From Ginglymostoma cirratum (lineage: Eukaryota), in the NCBI GenBank assembly GCA_024137785.1, contig JAHRHZ010000004.1:19916966-19980965 (forward strand): a stretch of DNA of 64,000 nt, in the 5' to 3' direction. Positions 60,251 through 64,000 of the stretch are shown here, in pieces (position 1 is the stretch's first letter; each line of letters begins with the position of its first letter). A model generated the notes under the pieces. That model had not been told where the DNA came from and searched no databases. It saw nothing but the letters and a program-made list of their open reading frames with translations. A program made the position numbers and the translations under genes.

Positions 60251-60883
60251 ATTACCTCCAGGGGATACCATTATACACTCTTACCCATCTGAAAAGCAAC
60301 TGTTCAAAGACATTATTTGCTTTATGCCTTCAGAGGACAAATGTTTATCCTTGCAGCTACAGTCTCTTTAATCCCACAGGCATCAACTCTAACAAGTCTA
60401 TTTTGTTGTATGTTCATTGAATGCTTTTTGGAAGTCCATTTAAACATCACTTGTACAGCCCCAAACAATCTTTTCCATTACTTCATCAGGATCTATCGAA
60501 GTAACCTACCCCAGAAAATGCTTCAGGGCAAACAGAATATAATTCTCCCACCAATTTTAGTACTTTATTTCCGTAATATCAGTTAACAAAGTGATAAACT
60601 AGAATTAGTGCTTTCAGTTAAATTAGACAATGACCCAAGTCACCAGCAACAGACACTTGAAAAGGGAAATCAAAATGTAGGTATCAGAGAAAGGTTCACG
60701 TAAATAAGACCAGTGAATCAAAAAGCAGCTTTTGGGGAGTCAGAAAATTGCCCTAGACTGTTGATCATGGAATTTAGGCAATTCTCTCCTTAATCACAAC
60801 AGTCTTTGCAACCCACAAATGACTTCAATTTACTCCATAGGTCACATCCATGTTTTAGCTGCAGCCATCTAGCAAATAGGTTT

Positions 60884-61000
60884 TGGGTTCTTGTGGTGCA
60901 TTTGTAGTGGACATAGTTCTGGACCGGTAGACCCGGATTCAAGTCCTACCAGCTCTAGAGGTGTGAAATAACATCTCTGAACAGGTTGTTTAGAAAATAC
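60884..61000 (+). mobile_element. Short tRNA-derived SINE (related copies at 4709-4775 +, 5210-5336 -, 49540-49610 -)
   Basis: gggttcttgtggtgca..tagtg...cccggattcaagtcctacc; A- and B-box-like motifs shared by four dispersed copies. Confidence 0.6.
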
Positions 61001-63320
61001 CTATACTTCTCTTTTGAACCAAGATTAGGCAAGGAATGTTGTTGCCACATAAAAGAATAAGATCAGTAAGAAGAACATACATTGCTTTGTTTTGAAATGC
61101 ATGAAGTCATGTAGAGATAGCTGTTAGGTCAACTGCAGCACTTGGAAAGAAAATATAATTGATCATTACAAGACTACTTTCAGAGTAATTTCTGAACTGA
61201 TCAGTACCAATTTCTACCTGGAAAATGGAAAACTATCAACTGTGCCCTACAGCAGGAAGCTCGTGTAAGTCTCAATTCAGTCTACTGACTGATAAACTAG
61301 TTTGATGATGACTAAATTAAATAGGAAACAATTCTAAACCGCTTCTGCTCCAGCTCAGATTTGCAAATGGTGCAAAAGGAATGAGCATCATGAGCTGCTA
61401 AACAAAAGTTAAAAATTGAGTAAGATTTTCCCATTTTAGGGTGTAGGTCATTTTACAATCCAGTAGCATCCAGTAACAGTGCAGAAAGACTCAAAGTTGG
61501 ATGAAAAATTGCATTCCTTTTCTCTACAAAATCGAAACCCCACTTAAGGAGAATTATTTTAAAACTGTGTCAGAGGATTGCAGAATTATGAGGAAAGCAT
61601 GGAAAAATCTGCTTCAATTTTCACCTTGAGTGTGAAAAAAACAAATGTACAAGAGGATCAGACAGAAAGTGAACTCATTAGCAGCTTTAAGATTGACAGC
61701 TGTACCAGGTTCCAATTTTTACATACTCAATTTCCATTTCATGGCAACATATTGGCTAACATACTTTTCACAGAAATAAAATACTACTAATTATGCCACT
61801 GTCCTTTAGATGGTTTTACTGTGATGTTGCTGCCGAGCAGTCACACAAAGCTTAAACTGGCATTAAAATATGATTGTATTTTGTTTAGAATTCTGACAGC
61901 ATTTTGTATCATGTCTCTCTCAAAAGGAATACTTACATGAAAAGTAACACAAAAATTTAAACTACTGAACATTTTGATCTCAAACAGTTCCCAAATTTCT
62001 GCGGCCACGTCCTGTTTGAAAATAAGATCCAAACTTTCAAAAATCCAAATCAATGTTTTCCAATTTGACACTTTGCTTAAAAAAAATTCAAGAACATCCA
62101 AAGATGCAAATACAAAAGCATGAAATAAACTTTGAAGACAAGCAGCATCGAATGACTGAAGTAAAGACTCCAATCGTCATTTTATGGTCACATACCTAGT
62201 TAAACAGGGTTGATCTAGCAATCCTAAGGATGCTATTGTCTTGGCATACCATAAGATAAATGGTGGGTGAAAGCTAATTAAAATCTCAGGGCAAATTAAA
62301 TATCAAGCACATTACCCAAAATATCATTGTCCCACAGATCATAAAGACACTGAGGAAGTTAAGCAAAGTTTATTTCACTAAAGCCATTTAACTTTATTAG
62401 GGGGAAGCCTAGACTTCTCAAATACTACAAACAAAATGAAATAAAAAAGGCATTTTGAAATGACTAACTGAAACAAAAATGAATAAACTCCCTTAATAGT
62501 TCACATTCTGTACTTTATTTCATGATTTACAAATCAAAAGCACAACTTTAAATGACTGAACAAAGTCCCTCTAGAACAGTTACTTTCAAATTTTTCATCC
62601 AGTTAAATTGCATTTCTGTGGAATTATATAATCAAGTACAACGTGAAACACATGTACGTTAAAAAGTTAGTAAGCATTGTCTATTTTGCTCTGAGGGCCC
62701 ACAACCAGTAGAAATTCAATTATAGATGACTGAAGCTAATCCCCTATCTTCTTAAATAAATCCTAGTTGCTTTTTCTTTGGGGGGCGAAGAGAGAGAGAG
62801 CAAGAGAAAGAAAAGGGAGGGGGTGGAGGGGGGGGAAGGAGAGAGAGAGGGGTGGAGGGGGGGGAGGTGGGGAGGGGGGGGAGAACAGCAAACAGAAATG
62901 GGCAGGGTGCTGGAAATCGGTGCCCCCTTTAAAATTCTTCAAGAATTCCATATTTAGTCTTTCCTATATCACAAGACCTCATTTAACTATGTTATGGGAA
63001 AAAGTGATCTTCTACAAACAGAAAAGAAATATCTAGTATAAGAAAACAAAGAAAAGGTCATAAAAGTCACCAAGGTCATGATGTTCCATGTATCAAGGTT
63101 TAATTAGGCCCACGCTACTTTATTATCAATTCAGAATTGGGGAGAATTGGGTGTTTTGTTCTTAAAAAAAATGAAAACTAAAAATGGAAGTGAGCAAGGA
63201 GATAACAGTCATCCTGCCACGGTCATTGGCCAAGAGGGTTCAGACAGATGATTGGAGGCTAGCAATTGATGCCGTGCCAAAAAAAAAATACATCAACATA
63301 GTTAAGTGGGAAGTGAGAGA

Positions 63321-63350
63321 GATGATGATGATGATGATGATGATGATGAT
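63321..63350. repeat. (GAT)n microsatellite
   Basis: Ten GAT units; source of the poly-Met ORF. Confidence 0.95.
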
Positions 63351-64000
63351 CCAGCAGAATGAGCCATCAGCTTCTTGGGAAAAACTAGGAGCTCCCCTCC
63401 ATCAGCTCAAGGGAAGAACAATGACTGCAAAACATCAGGGACAAAAACTTCAAAACTTTTAACATTTTTGCCCGTTCCTCAATCTTACAGTATGGCTTTG
63501 GGATCAGGAAAGTATTCTCATCTGTCATGGGTCTATTTTCCTTTATTTAATTAAATAATGTATTATTATCTAAACAGCTTCTTAAACTCAATAACCAATC
63601 TGAAAATTTCTTACAGATGGTCAATTGCCTATGCCAGGTAACTGTGATCAAGAACCCCCAAAAATCTAACAGATACAAAAACTGTGTTGGAAGAGTTATT
63701 GAGAGAGATCTAATAGACAGCGTGAATCCTCAGCTCAAAAGAAATCAATTTGCATTTATACAGGACCTTTTGCATAATAAAAAATCATGAGGTTTTACAG
63801 GAGCACCAAACAAAAATTGATAGCTTAAGAGAGATTGCAATGGAACAGTCTAATGCAGGAAAGAGCTAGTGAAGAGGTGTCATAAACATAACAGGAAAAT
63901 CCAATTAGTTAAAAGCTTAACCGGGGTGGTGGTGGTGGTGGGGGGGGGGGGGGGGGGCGGGGGGAAGAAGAGATATGTAAACAGAAGACATAAGGCAGAT

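Noticed and set aside
63184-63462. Poly-Met ORF
   Set aside because: (GAT)n microsatellite within degenerate LINE-like sequence.
55349-64000. micos10 exon 1 (MSE.ELG.KWDRC)
   Set aside because: No matching codons or CpG island seen; probably beyond the window.

Overview
Vertebrate genomic DNA, almost certainly elasmobranch (shark), judged from its HE1-type V-SINEs, CR1/L2-group LINE remnants and Penelope-like elements. Three genes lie on the minus strand in the same order and relative orientation as human 1p36.13. micos10 has exons 2-4 at 55348-51588; exon 1 was not found and probably lies beyond 64000. nbl1/DAN has three coding exons at 21051-16222 (176 aa), with candidate non-coding first exons in CpG-rich DNA near 42.6 and 46.3 kb. 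htr6 has three coding exons at 7460-3529 (437 aa). The rest is intronic or intergenic and rich in retroelement debris, minisatellites and local duplications, with four N-gaps. The most notable structure is a population of ~80-135 bp Penelope-derived elements headed by a minimal hammerhead-ribozyme motif. Four of them have 10-14 bp target-site duplications and start within 2 nt of the ribozyme core. Also notable are a canonical REST/NRSF RE1 site in htr6 intron 1 beside a repeat carrying RE1 half-sites, and divergence of known HTR6 ciliary-targeting, Cdk5 and glycosylation motifs. I found no evidence of a wholly new protein-coding system; most six-frame ORFs are spurious. Repeat boundaries are approximate and all homology calls come from recalled sequences, not searches.
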